Positions 22,498 through 34,357 of a stretch of DNA of 64,000 bases are shown piece by piece; position 1 is the first letter of the stretch; each line of letters opens with the position of its first letter. Below the pieces are notes generated by a model. That model saw only the letters and a list, made by a program, of their open reading frames with translations. It ran no database searches and was not told where the DNA came from. The DNA lies in contig NC_057726.1 of assembly GCF_004010195.1 (NCBI RefSeq), positions 57,977,559 to 58,041,558 on the forward strand, given 5' to 3'. This DNA is from Chiloscyllium plagiosum. Lineage: Eukaryota. The translations under genes and the position numbers were made by a program.

Positions 22498-24469
22498 AAA
22501 GAGAGAAGTGGGAAGTTGTGTATGGACGCTGTGGAGATCGGAGAGGTGCTAAACAAATATTTCTCATCTGTTTTCACTCAGGAAAAGGAGAATATTGTAA
22601 AGGAGAAGAATTAAATACAGGATATTAGACTAGAAAGGATCGAGGTTTGTAAGGAAGAGGAGTTATCAATTCTAGGAGTGAAAGTAGACAAATCCCCTGG
22701 GCCAGATGGGATTTGTCCGAGGATTCTCTGAGAAGCTAGGGAGGAGATGTTGGAGCCTTTGGCCTTGATCTTTGAGTCATCATTGTCTACAGGTTGAGTA
22801 CCAGAGAACTGGAGGATTGTAAATGTTGTGCCCTTGTTCAAGAAGGGCAGTAGAGATGACCCAGATAATTATAGATCAGTGATCCTTATGTCTGTTGTAG
22901 GAAATGTTTTGGAAAGAATTATAAGAGACAGGATTTATAATCACCTAGCAAGTAAAAATTTGATTGTAGATAGTCAACATGTTTCGTCAAGGGCTGGTCA
23001 TGTCTCACAAACCTCATGGAGTGTTTTGGGAAGGTGACCAAGCACATGGATGAGGGTAGGGCAGTTGACGTGGTGTACATTGTCTTCAATACAGCCTTTG
23101 ATAAGGTTCCACATGGTAGGCTGTTGGAGAAAATGGAGAGGCATGGGATTGAGGGTGATTTAGCAGTTTGGATAAGAAACTGGCTTTCTGTAAGAAGGCA
23201 GCAAGTGGTGGTAGTCTGGAGTCCAGTTACTAGTGGTGAGCCACAAGGATCTGATTATATTAGATTAGATTCCCTACAGTGTGGAAACAAGCCCTTTGGC
23301 CCAACAAGTCCACACCGACCCTCCGAAGAGTAATCCACCCAGACCCATTTCCCTCTGACTAATGCACCTAACACTGTGGGCAATTTAGCATGGCCAATTC
23401 ACCTGACTTGCACATCTTTGGACTGTGGGAGGAAACCGGAGCACCCGGATAGAAACCCACACAGACACGGGGAGAATGTGCAAACTCCACACAGACAGTT
23501 GCCCGAGGCTGGAATTAAACCTGGATCTGTTTTGGGACCACTGGTATTTGTCATTTTTATAAATGACTTGGACACAAGCATAGGTGGATGGGTTAGTAAG
23601 TTTGCAGATGACACTAAAGTCAGTGGAGTGGTGGACAGTATGGAAGAATTTTGCAGGTTGCAGGGGGACTTGAATAAACTGCAGAATTGGGCTGAGAGAT
23701 GGCAAATGAAGTTCAATGCAGATAAATGTGAGGTGATTCACTTTGGTAAGAATAACAGGAAGGCAGAATACTGGGTCAGTGGAAAGATTCTTGGTAGTGT
23801 GGATGTGCAGAGGGATCTTGGAGTCCATGTACATAGATCCCTGAAAGTTGCCACCCAGGTTGGTAGTGCTGTTAAGAAGGCATACAGTGTGTTAGGTTTT
23901 ATTGGGAGAGGGACTGAGTTCCAGAGCCGCAATGTCATGCTGCAACTATACAAAACGCTAGTGCGGTCACACTGTGTACAGTTCCGGTTGCCCCATTACA
24001 GGAAGGATGTGGAAGCATTGGAAAAGGTGCAGAGGAGATTTACCAGGATGTTGCCTGGTCTGGAGGGAAGGTCTTATGAGGAAAGGCTGTTCTCATTGGA
24101 AAAAAGAAAGCTAAGAGGGGATTTGATAGAGACATACAAGATGATCAGAGGATTGAGTAGATAGTGAAAGTCTTTTTCCTAAGATGATGATGTCTGCTTG
24201 TACAAGGGGGCATAGCTACAAATTGACGGGTGATAGATTTAAGACAGATGTCAGAGGCAGGTTCTTTATGTAGAGAGTGGTAAGGGTGTGGAATGCCCTG
24301 CCTGTCAATGTAGTTAACTCAGCCACATTAGGGACATTTAAACAATCCTTGGATAAACACATGGATGATGATGGGATAGTGTAGAGGGATGGGCTTAGAT
24401 TAGTTCACAGGTCGGCGCAACATTGAAGGCCGAAGGGTCTGTTCTGCGCTCTATTGTTCTATATTCTAT
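22498..24469 (+). mobile_element. CR1 LINE (RT through 3' UTR) nested in the R2 remnant
   Basis: PLFKKGSRDDPDNYR, AFDKVPHGRLL, SKFADDTKV, RGDLIETYKMIRG, tail TATTGTTCTATATTCTAT. Confidence 0.9.
23254..23522 (-). mobile_element. 5'-truncated HE1 SINE inserted in CR1 with 7-bp TSD
   Basis: GGATCTG at 23247-23253 and 23523-23529 flanks the SINE and splits the CR1 PQGS-VLGP motif. Confidence 0.9.
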
Positions 24470-24689
24470 GAAATGCACATCAAATTATGTTTCTGGCCAT
24501 GGCAAACTAACTGGGGCGGCCTGTTGGCTCTGCATTTCCCATTGCACAGTGGCTGCTTTAGAAGATCATTGCTGGTGCATTGGCCCGGGATGTCCCTAGT
24601 CCCTTCACCCTTAGATACTCTGGCTACATGGAATTTCTAAAACATCAACAAGTGACATTAAAACTTGATTATGGCAAGTGTTCAAAATT

Positions 24690-25340
24690 GCAAAGCAGTG
24701 AACACCACAAGAAAGCAAGAATCCAACCAGCTCCCTTTGATGTCCATTCCCATTGCTGAGCTCTCCACAATCAACATCCTGGTGCTAACTATCGACTAAA
24801 AACTGAACTGGACCAAAAGCATAAATACTGTAGCTACAAAAGCAAGTCAGACTCTCAGAATTCAAGGGAGTAACTCATTTCCGACACCTCAAAGCCTGTC
24901 CACACTCTACAAGGCACAAGACAGGGATATGCTGGAATTTTCCTAATTCTTTGAATAAGCGCAGTTCCAACAACACTCAAGAAACTCAACACCATTCAGT
25001 ACAAGGCAGCCCACTTGACTGGCACTACATCCATCACCTTAAACATTCACTCACTGCATTATCATGCAGATAGGTATGTATTATACATAAGATAAACTGC
25101 ATCAACTCAACTAAGCTTCTTCAAACAGTACTTTGCAAAGCCCTATCCTATACCACCTAGAGAAGGAAGCACAGTAGATACATGGCTTAAAATCCTGGAA
25201 TTCCTTTCATAATGGTATTGTGGGTGTAACTGGACCAAATGACTTAGTGGTTTAAAGAGGCACTCACCCACACCTTCTTAAAGGCAGCTAGGAACAAGCA
25301 GCAAATGCTGGCCTTGCCACAGACACCCACAATTATAAAA
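24690..25340 (+). mobile_element. L2/CR1-group LINE 3' part; continuation of the piece at ~21110-21183
   Basis: Homologous to 25800-26490 and to the minus copy 45250-46750 (CTCAAAGCCTGTCCACACTCTACAAGGCACAAG). Confidence 0.65.
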
Positions 25341-25799
25341 TAAGATCATCATCAAAACAGATGTGTCACATGCAGTAATGAATCATTAATGATAGTGGAG
25401 TGTTCTAATCACAGCATTCACCACTTGCATCATTACTGACTAATGGAATTGTAAAACATTTTCTTTATCATTTCGCATCCCAAGGCACTTCACACGAGTC
25501 TAATCAAACAAAATTTGATACTCAGCCACAATAGCAATATTAGGGGAGTTGACCAAAAGCTTGATCTAAGAGGTAGGTTTTAAGGGGCATGTTTGAGGAG
25601 ACAGTGCAGTAGAGGTGCAGAGAGAGAGAACTCAGGTAATTAAAAGCATAGCCACTGGTGAAGCAATTAAAATTGGAAATGCACAAGAAGCCAAAACTGG
25701 TGGAGTTGAGAGACTTAGAAGGGCTAGTAGGCTAGAGGAGGTGACAGAGGGAGGAAAGGGTGAAACCCTTATTTGTGGATCAGCATCCTGAACTACAAA

Positions 25800-26490
25800 C
25801 GTGTCCAGAATCACCGAATCCCCCACTATCAACATCCTCACAGTTACTATTGACCAGAAACTCAACTGAAGTCGCCACATAAATATAGTGGCTACAAGAG
25901 CATGTCAGGTACTAGGAATACTGTGGCAAATAACTCATCTCCTGACTCCCCAAAGCCTGTCCACCATCTACAAAGCGTAAGTCAGGATTGTGATGGAATA
26001 CTCTCCACTTGCCTCGATCGTTGCAGCTCCAACAACACTCAACCAGCTGGAGATCATCCAGGACAAAGCAGCCCACTTGATTTGCATCACACCCACAAGC
26101 ATCCACTCCCTCCACTACTGATGCTCAGCAGCAGCTGTGTACACTATCTACAAGATGCACTGCAGAAATCCACCAAAAGTTCTTCAGCAGCAACTTTCAA
26201 ACCTACGACCCCTTCCATCCAGAAGGACATGGGCAGCAGATACATGGGAACACCACCACCTGCAAGTTCCCCTCGAAGCCACTCACCATCCTGACTTAGA
26301 AATACATTGGCGTTCCTTCACTGTCGCTGGGTCAAAATCCTGGAATTCCCTCCCTAATAGTATTGTGGGTCAACCCACAGCAGGTGAGCTACAGTGGTTC
26401 AAGAAGGCAGCTCACCCCCACCTTCTCAAGGGCAACTAGGGACGGGCAATAAATGCTGGCCAGCCAGCAACGCCCACATCCCATGAATGA
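25800..26490 (+). mobile_element. L2/CR1-group LINE 3' end
   Basis: LTPQSLSTIYKA..RIVMEYSP (YKAQVRS-type RT C-terminus), SKSWNSLPNSIVG, tail GGGCAATAAATGCTGGCCAGCCAGCAACGCCCACATCCCATGAATGA. Confidence 0.75.
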
Positions 26491-26812
26491 CTATAATGAA
26501 AAGACTGGCAAATAAAACTTCAATGTTCTTCGTGGTAAAAAGAACACCTCACGGCATGATGCTTCTTTCTCACCATCAAGGTTGTCAGTGCATAAGGAGA
26601 ATATGAAAAGATAACCCAGGGAGATTTTCACTGGTACAGCAGACACATAAGATCAAAGAAAACAGCTGTGTGATGGAGTAAGGCTTTTCTACTGGTCATA
26701 TCCCCATTATACCAAGACAAGAGAACTTTTCTAGTTTTGCAAGGCTCCACCTTGGTACTTCCTGTACAAGAGAATATTCTTGAGTCTAGTGATAGAAATT
26801 AAGTATTTTAAT

Positions 26813-26818
26813 TTTATT
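26813..26818 (-). terminator. Candidate FBXL8 polyadenylation signal AATAAA
   Basis: TTTATT on plus, ~1.2 kb past the FBXL8 stop, near the end of a repeat-free tract. Confidence 0.35.
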
Positions 26819-28028
26819 AAATAGAGAAAAAGAAGCCTTTGCATTTAAGAGGCATGAAGTGACTTTAATTCTTATTGCAAAGTTATAGAAAAAACAGCTT
26901 ATAGATTTTCGTTCAGCTCTCTGTACTGTTAACAGTGATAATCAGGAACAATACATTTTACAAAACTGAAGATTGTGGCAGTGCTGACTGTACTCACAGC
27001 TCTGCTAATACTTCCAAAAGATCACCAAAATAAAACTTTTCAAAAGATAGTAGTGTCTTATGTTTCTGAAACAGAAAGGGACTTTTTTTTTAAAAAGTAC
27101 AGCCAATGCCCACACTGAGACATGCAATTTCTGGGCACTGCTGATGTGTGTCCGGACAAATCCTTGTACGCTTCAAAATTAAAAGTTAATGAGAAAGGCA
27201 AAGATGCCAGGTGTATAAGGAGAGAGTGAAACTTTGAAATATGTAATTATAAATACCACAGGAATTTAATCTAGTCACATCTTTGTATTAAAGTGGCTCG
27301 TAACTAGAGAATTGAGTGATGCAGCAATCTACCTGGCAACCCATGTGCTGGTTAGGTCTGTTTTGCTGTGTGTGTTTTATACTGTCCTGCCCCTCTGCTT
27401 TGCCTTATACCCTCTGAAGGCTGTTATGTGAAAGAGGCTTCCCATATGTACAGAAACCAGCTCCTTAGTTTCCAAAACAGCTGTCCTCCAGTGGCCTTGT
27501 AAAGGAATACCAATAGTGAAATTAAAACATGCAATTTATGGGCTTACAAAAATAAAAGGCTGAGCAGGCCCAGTGTGACCTTGGGGCACAATGTAATTTC
27601 TCATTGAGATGCAAATACTCTGATGAACTCAAATGGTTTGGTGTGCTGAGAAGGTTCATGAGAGAGTTTGCTTACTGAACAGGATGCCAGAGTGTAGAAT
27701 GGGCCTGACCAGAGACACTACCATGTGTAAAGTGTCGAAGGGTTGGGATTAAGAAATAATTGTCCATCAGTTGTGCACACTACAATGATTTTTAAGGCTG
27801 TTTGTTTTGCAGAAGCTGTAAATTTTCCATTTGCTAATGCCTTTCATTCCATCACGTCTTTTTGTTTCAAGTTGAGACCTTTCCATTTTCAAAATATTGA
27901 GACCTCTCCTTGGAGGGTGCCCTGTGAAACAGGGCCTGTGCATATTCTTCAAGTTGAAAAGAACAGCATTAATAGATGATTATTCACTGTCAGAAGACAA
28001 CTTTGGTCATGCAGCTCAACTCCCAAGT

Positions 28029-29007
28029 TCATCGGAGAATTGCTGGGAGCCATGGGTGTGGCTCTTTGGAGGTTTTCAGTGTGTACTTGCAGAGTCTGGG
28101 ACAGTGGAGAATGAAAGCTTGCACAACATCTACGGACACCACACAGTAGCAATGAATCTCTTCCAAAGACAAGCAGCAAGATGCCAGTCTCATCAAGGCC
28201 CGGTTCAGTTCTCCAGAGGACGTTGTTTGCAGAACAATCCTTTTTAACGTGTTGTGATAGTTCTGAGAGATAAAGTTGACTTGCTCCACCATAAACGTAA
28301 AGGTACTTAATTCTAGGCTGGCCACTGGGATAGTAGGCTGCAGAATTTGGGGTATTTTCTTAGCAGGGACTGTATGGTCCAGCTCGATGTCCACAGAAAG
28401 AGTTGGGTATCTCTCCGCCAGAGCTTGCCACATCTCAGCTGAGATAGTTGGATTGTATTTATCCATGCGCTCGCAGTGTAGCTGAAGGAGTTTGAATGGT
28501 GGACGCTTGGCATTCAGGAGCTCGGCCACGACATTTTCTGTCAGGCTTGCATAAAACAATCCCAGAGCAGACAGGTTCGGGCAACTCCTCAGGGCCTCCT
28601 GAAGAGTTTCAGAAGTCACCTTACACACAAACGTCTTGTTATTGATGAAGAGACTCTCCAGAGAGGGACTTCTGCTGGTGACAATTTGGATGATGCCATC
28701 ATCCAAAGTGAACGGCATTTCTCGGAGGTCAATGTGCCGGAGATGTAGATAGGAGGCTGCTTTAAATACACTTTTGACACTTTGCAGCAAGTCTTGCCCG
28801 GAATAGAAGTAAGGGTTTTCACCAATACACACAACGGAGAGGCCCAACAGATCCGTTGCCGATTCCGACAAGTTGTGTAGAATTTGGATAAAGTTCTTGC
28901 GATTTGCTTCTAAAGACTGATTGCACACGATCTTCAGATATTTGATATGACACTGGAACCGTTGGCATGCACGCACATTCTGGTCATTTTCCGCTCCAGA
29001 GTCACAC
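28029..29007 (-). CDS. FBXL8: F-box/LRR-repeat protein 8, last coding exon
   Basis: Acceptor tttgctgtcag|G at 29007 (phase 2); CIGENPYFYSGQDLL, LRHIDLREMPFTLDD, ILQPTIPV, LEEIHCYCVVS, CPRLCKYTLKTSKEPHPW match recalled human FBXL8; stop at 28029. Confidence 0.95.
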
Positions 29008-29439
29008 CTGACAGCAAAAGTACAGCAAACAGTCAGTACAAAGATATCACGTGAACAATGCACAATCCAGAGACAAAATGGTGAATTAAATATCATCCTG
29101 CTGTAAGCCTGGACTACATCATCCTAAGACTATGTGCATTTGCTGGCTGCTCTAGCATCGACTGCTGTGAACAAGGATCAAATTGGAGCTTAGTAAGGAT
29201 TTAATCATCTAAAAAATGTGGTTATAGACAGATAGCAGTGTCATTTCAGGATCATGCACAAGCACTGATCCAGCATGTTGTATGTGAACATGGAATGAAA
29301 AAGGATTAAATGGAGCCACAGATACAGACTTCACTTCACCCAATGAATACTCCAACTTTTCCCTCTGGACTGACACCAAAAAGCACATAATTAAACACAA
29401 TAGCCACATGTACCTAGAATGATGCAGCCTTTCAACTCA

Positions 29440-31900
29440 TCATACCTGTGCTAGCCCCTGAAAGAGCTATCCAATTAACCACAGTCCCTTGGTTTCTTAA
29501 CATTATCCATTATTCCCTTGTGAACAGTACAATTGAATTTGTTTCCACCATCCGTTTCGACTGTGAATTAAACAGTTTTCCTTTCATGTTGCCTCTTACG
29601 TTTGTTTCCATCGTTGCTGATCCTTCTCCCATTGGATGCGGTTTCTTCAAATTTACTTTATCAAAATTGTTCATGATTTTGAACATCTGTCAAATCTTCC
29701 CTCAGTCTCCACCGCTCAAAAGATAATATGTCAAGTCTCTACTGAAGTCCCACATCCCTGATGGCATTCTAGTACATCTCTTCTTCCAGCTCTCTAAGTC
29801 TTTGCTACACTTTCTAAAATGCAGTGAATAGCATTGAACAGATATTCCAACTGGGGTTTAACATTATTTTACAAAAGTTTAACCTAAATTGTTGCACAAG
29901 CACTCTATTCTTCTAATTATAAAGCTAACCGTGCTGTATACTTTCTCAATCCGTCCAGCCACTTTCAAAGATCTGTGAACATACACCAACAAGCCTTTTT
30001 GTTTCTGCAACTTCTTTAAAACTGTCCCATTTGTTTTAACTATTTTCCTTGTTCTTCCTGTCAAGATATAACAACTTACACTTCTCTGTATTAAATTTCT
30101 TCAGTCCATTTAATCAGTTTGTGTTTCATACTGAAGTCTGTCACTATCCTGCTAGTGCTTCCATATAAACCTATTGGATTATAACCTGGTGTTGTGTGAT
30201 TTTTAACTTTATACACCCCAGTCCAACACCAGCACCTCCAAATCAAGATTATCCATCTCACTGACTACTACATTTTCAAGTTATGATTCATTTCTAAACT
30301 TTGAAAATACATCCAACATACCGAAGTTTAGAGAAATGCTGACCCCTGGGGGACAGGATGGTACATTTCCCTTCAAATAACTATCATGACAGTTTTGAAA
30401 GTGGCTGTTCAGATTGAGAAGGTATACAGCACGGTTAGCTTTATAATTAGAAGAATAGAGTGCTAGCTAATATTATATCCACCACAGCTACTGCTCTTGT
30501 AATCACACACATACATTTTGCCAGAAATTTTATTATGTAGTACTTTACTAAATGCCTTTTGAAAATTCATGCACATAATGTCAGCTGTAATGCTCTCATC
30601 AACATTCTCTGTTGCTTATCAAATAAAGCAAGACAGTCAAATACAATGTGCTTTTAAAAGTCTATACTGATTTTCATTTTATGTTGTGTAGTTTTCCAAG
30701 TCACTTCAAGATCCTGGATTATAACCAGTGTAAGTTTCACCACCACTGCGTTCGCCGAGCTAGCCTGTATTTGCTGAGCTCATCCTTCTCTTGTCTAGCA
30801 TTTGCAATCTTCCAGTCTTTTAGTAGCTTTCCCGTATCTAAAGGGGCGAGAGCCTATGCAATTTCCACCCTTACTTCCTTCTGTAAGCTAGGTATTTCCT
30901 ATCTATTCTGGAGAATTTTCTATCAGCACTGCCAATCTTTTAAGGACTTCCTCTTTAACTGTTTTCATCTTGTCTAGATTTCTCTATCAGCCTCTGCTTT
31001 ATTGACAACTTCTTTTGTGAATGTAGATACAAAGTGCTTAGATAATATTATAAGCCTCCTTTATCAGTTTCATTTTAAACACCTTATTTACAATTGGCAC
31101 AGAGCTCTAGCATTGGATGCCTTTCCTTTTGTCCCTCATGGGAATGTATTTAGTCTGCACCTGAACTAGCTCCTATTTGAAGGTCTTCCACTGCTCTTTT
31201 ACTATTTTTGTTACCTGTCCTTTGTTTCCAATCCACTTGTGTCAGATCTTTCTTCAAATCAATACCAGCTATCCATCAGTTGAGTACTTTCACATGAGAT
31301 TCTTCCCTGTCCTTATTCATATTCTGGATATATTAATATTGTGACCACTGCTTCCAAAATGCTTCTCCACCAAAATATGCAGGACTCGATCTACTTCACT
31401 CTTGACCCAATACCCAGGTCATATTAGGATAATTAAAGTCTTCTATTAACACCATTCTAAACTTTTTGAAGCTTTCTGCAATTTATCTCCTTCCCACTAC
31501 TCGGTGGCCTACAGCAAAGTCTCAACTGGAGGATAGCCCCTATTTTGGTCCTTAAAGTCTAACCAAATAGGTTTGTCATTGAACCCTCAGATACATCATC
31601 CATTACTTTAATGGTTATTTTAATCATTACTTTAATGATCCCGCCTTCTCAACCTTGCCCCTTGCTTGTGGCACAGTAACCCTCAGGTTAAAACTCACCA
31701 CCAGTCATCTCCCTGGTCCTACAACAGCTTTTTACCTGACATGATAATCCTTTGTGTAACTGCGCTGATGGCTCACTGACCTTATTTGCATGCATTCCAA
31801 ACAAGTCTTAATCTGCTCTGCATTTCATTCCAGTCTGAACCCTCCTATTTCTGAACTACTCTTTATTCATGTGCTGTTTGTCTCTTCTAAAGCTCTATAG
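29440..31900 (-). mobile_element. Highly degenerate CR1 LINE in FBXL8 intron
   Basis: LLVYVHRSLKVAGRIEKVYSTVSFIIRRIE (CR1 RT motif); endonuclease-region remnants toward 31400-31800. Confidence 0.6.
30151..30246 (+). mobile_element. Penelope-like terminal fragment, second family
   Basis: GCTAGTGCTTCCATATAAACCTATTGGATTATAACCTGGTGTTGTGTGATTTTTAACTTT...CCCCAGTCCAACACC resembles a recalled shark Penelope-type end. Confidence 0.5.
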
Positions 31901-33274
31901 ACTTGGTATTTCCTCGCTAAGTTTACTTGACATTACTCGCACTTCATTTAAAAATATTCCCTTTTTAAACTATTCCATTTGGGAGCAGCAATAAATGATG
32001 TGGAACTTGCAAAATTTCCAACCGGAGCTCTCAAGCTGCACCTCTGCTGTTTGCTGAAACATTCATCAACTTTTTTTTTTAAACTTTCAAAACTTGCAGA
32101 ACTTCTCAAACCAATCATCTGCCAAACCAACTCGTTGCATGCTTTTACAGATAAGCTTTGAAACGCAGAGTGGAGTCAAGTGAAATTGTCCTTACTTTAC
32201 TGCATTCCTAAGATACACCCTGGAGGTAAGATCATGTAAATCACTCCATTTCACTGAATAGTCACTCTCCTTTACATTGCTACCAAACAGCGTAACTGCA
32301 ATTTCCCTGGTTTATTTCACTTTCCTCAAGTCTGTAATTTTTAATGAACAATGTCCACACGATGCCCCCATCACGCCCATTTTGGTTACCACTCACCTGC
32401 ACACAGCAAATTTGAAAAATAATTTTACTAGAATATTTTTGAGCTCAGCAATGTCAGTTGTATTAAGGTGTGACAGTTTCAGGTCCTTGAGGCTAGAAAG
32501 CTCAGGGTAGATATTCCAGACCAAGCAGAGGGGACCAGGTCACGGTGTATACATTGCACACATCTTTCCTAGGTAAGAGTTCCCTTCAAACAAATGTACA
32601 TTCACCTTAAGGCTGCCCCAGGCACAGGCAGTATGTTAACTTGCAGGTGTGGGTGGATCAGAGGGTTGAAGCAGAAACTCCTAATGTTAGTTGCAATCAA
32701 AACAGCAAAACTAATATTTGCATTGTTGAACAAAGAAATCCACAGTGATTCAGACGGATTTGAAAACGCTGCCTTTGATGTGCTGCTACACAAGGTGTTT
32801 GGTGCCAGGGCCACCTCAAGATGCCAAATATGACTCAGTGATAACAGTCCCATTGCCAAGTTGGAATATGCCAGGCAATTTCAATGAAAAAGCTGCTTTT
32901 TTATAGATGGTGGTTTGGGCAAACAATTTCCAGGTTTCAAGGTGAGACTGAGGCATCAGGTCAGAGTCAGATCTCCCTAGAGGCTGGTCAGTACCTGTAG
33001 AACCTACCCTTCCAACAGCAGCAGGTAGCCAATTGACATTATCCCGTGCCCACCTTCAGGCTCATTGGGGTCAGCACTGGGATATACTAAGGAGGTAGAT
33101 GTGTCCATCACTGACAGCAAAGTCTGGTAGGACCCTGGAGGCTGTCAGCCACTGGCGTGGCCTAGGGCTGCTAGGCCTCCATCACCAAACTCCCTCTATC
33201 CTGAGCTGCAGCTAACAGCAGACCACAGTTGCTTGAATATTTTAAGTACTTCCTCTGAAGTGGCACAGAAATAC

Positions 33275-33750
33275 AAGATATAGGAACAGGAAAGGAGCAT
33301 AGAGCCCAGTGAACCTGCTGCATCTTTCAGTGTAACAACGACTCACTTGAGACATCAACTTTCACCCACGGTCCATTTCCTTTGATTATATGAGGAAATC
33401 AAAAATCTGTCTATCCCACTCTTAAATATCATCTTCCTCAACTTTCTATGACAGAGAATTCCAGAAATTGAATGAAGAAATCTTTCCTCATCTCAGTTTG
33501 AAATGATTGACCCCTCAGCCTGAGCCTGCGCCACCATGTTCCCCAGTCAAGTGGAAACAGTTTCTCAGTGCCTACTCTGTGAAGCCCCTTCAGAATTTTC
33601 TATGTTTCAATGGATCATCTCTCATTCTTGTAAACTCGAGAATATAGACCCAATTTTCTCAGTCTCTTAACAAGACAATTGTCTCACTCCTGGAACCAAC
33701 CTAGTGAATTTTGACTGCACTACATTCAACACAGTTATATCCATCCTAAA
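33275..33750 (-). mobile_element. Degenerate CR1 3' fragment
   Basis: Minus AAACTGAGATGAGGAAAGATTTCTTC (KTEMRKDFF) and CR1-like 3' UTR. Confidence 0.6.
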
Positions 33751-34220
33751 GGCAGGTTGATTTGACCCATCTCCACTTTTCCAAGAACACAACAAAACTT
33801 GTTCTGGCCTGGAATACCCGGTCTAAAAATGTGGAGTATGCAGATTCAATAGTCACTTTCAAAGGTAATGGGATGCAGATTTACATTTCAGGACTATGGG
33901 GAAAGAGCAGAAAATTGGACAGTTTTTTATCAAAAGTTGGCGCAGATACAATGAGTCGAATGGCTTCCTCCTGTATTCCATCTCTCCATATTTTATCCAT
34001 TTCGACAAAATGACTACATATAACTAGCTAGAACAACTATGTAAATCAAATGCCAGGGTCCACAAATCCCCAGCCACTAACTCAAAGTCCATGCCCCAAT
34101 GTTATTATTCAACTCCAATGAAATATTCATGCCCAGCACTGCAAGGATTATTTGCAACAGGTACTATAAGCAATGGCTACTACTCATCAGACAGACGAAT
34201 GCAACAGAATATCTACTCAC

Positions 34221-34357
34221 CTCACTACAGTGTAATACCACACAGCAGGAGAAGTAACAGCCTCCGCCCATTTTCTGCAGACTTGTGAGGCTGAGTGCCT
34301 TTCACACACCAACAGGTAGGAAAATATCAAGGCCAAGACCTCCTCAGGGATTTCCAT
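34221..34357 (-). CDS. FBXL8: FBXL8 first coding exon (F-box domain)
   Basis: MEIPEEVLALIFSYLLVCERHSASQVCRKWAEAVTSPAVWYYTVV+AG, donor AG|gtgagt; in-frame TGA directly before the ATG; acceptor cag|G at 34375. Splices to 29007 for a 1116-nt CDS (371 aa). Missed by the ORF track. Confidence 0.95.

Noticed and set aside
23376-24164. 262-aa ORF as a gene
   Set aside because: Chance fusion of antisense HE1 SINE and CR1 RT
29008-29096. N-terminal 30 aa of the 355-aa ORF as the FBXL8 start
   Set aside because: Intronic read-through; the real F-box exon is at 34357-34221 and a proper acceptor lies at 29007
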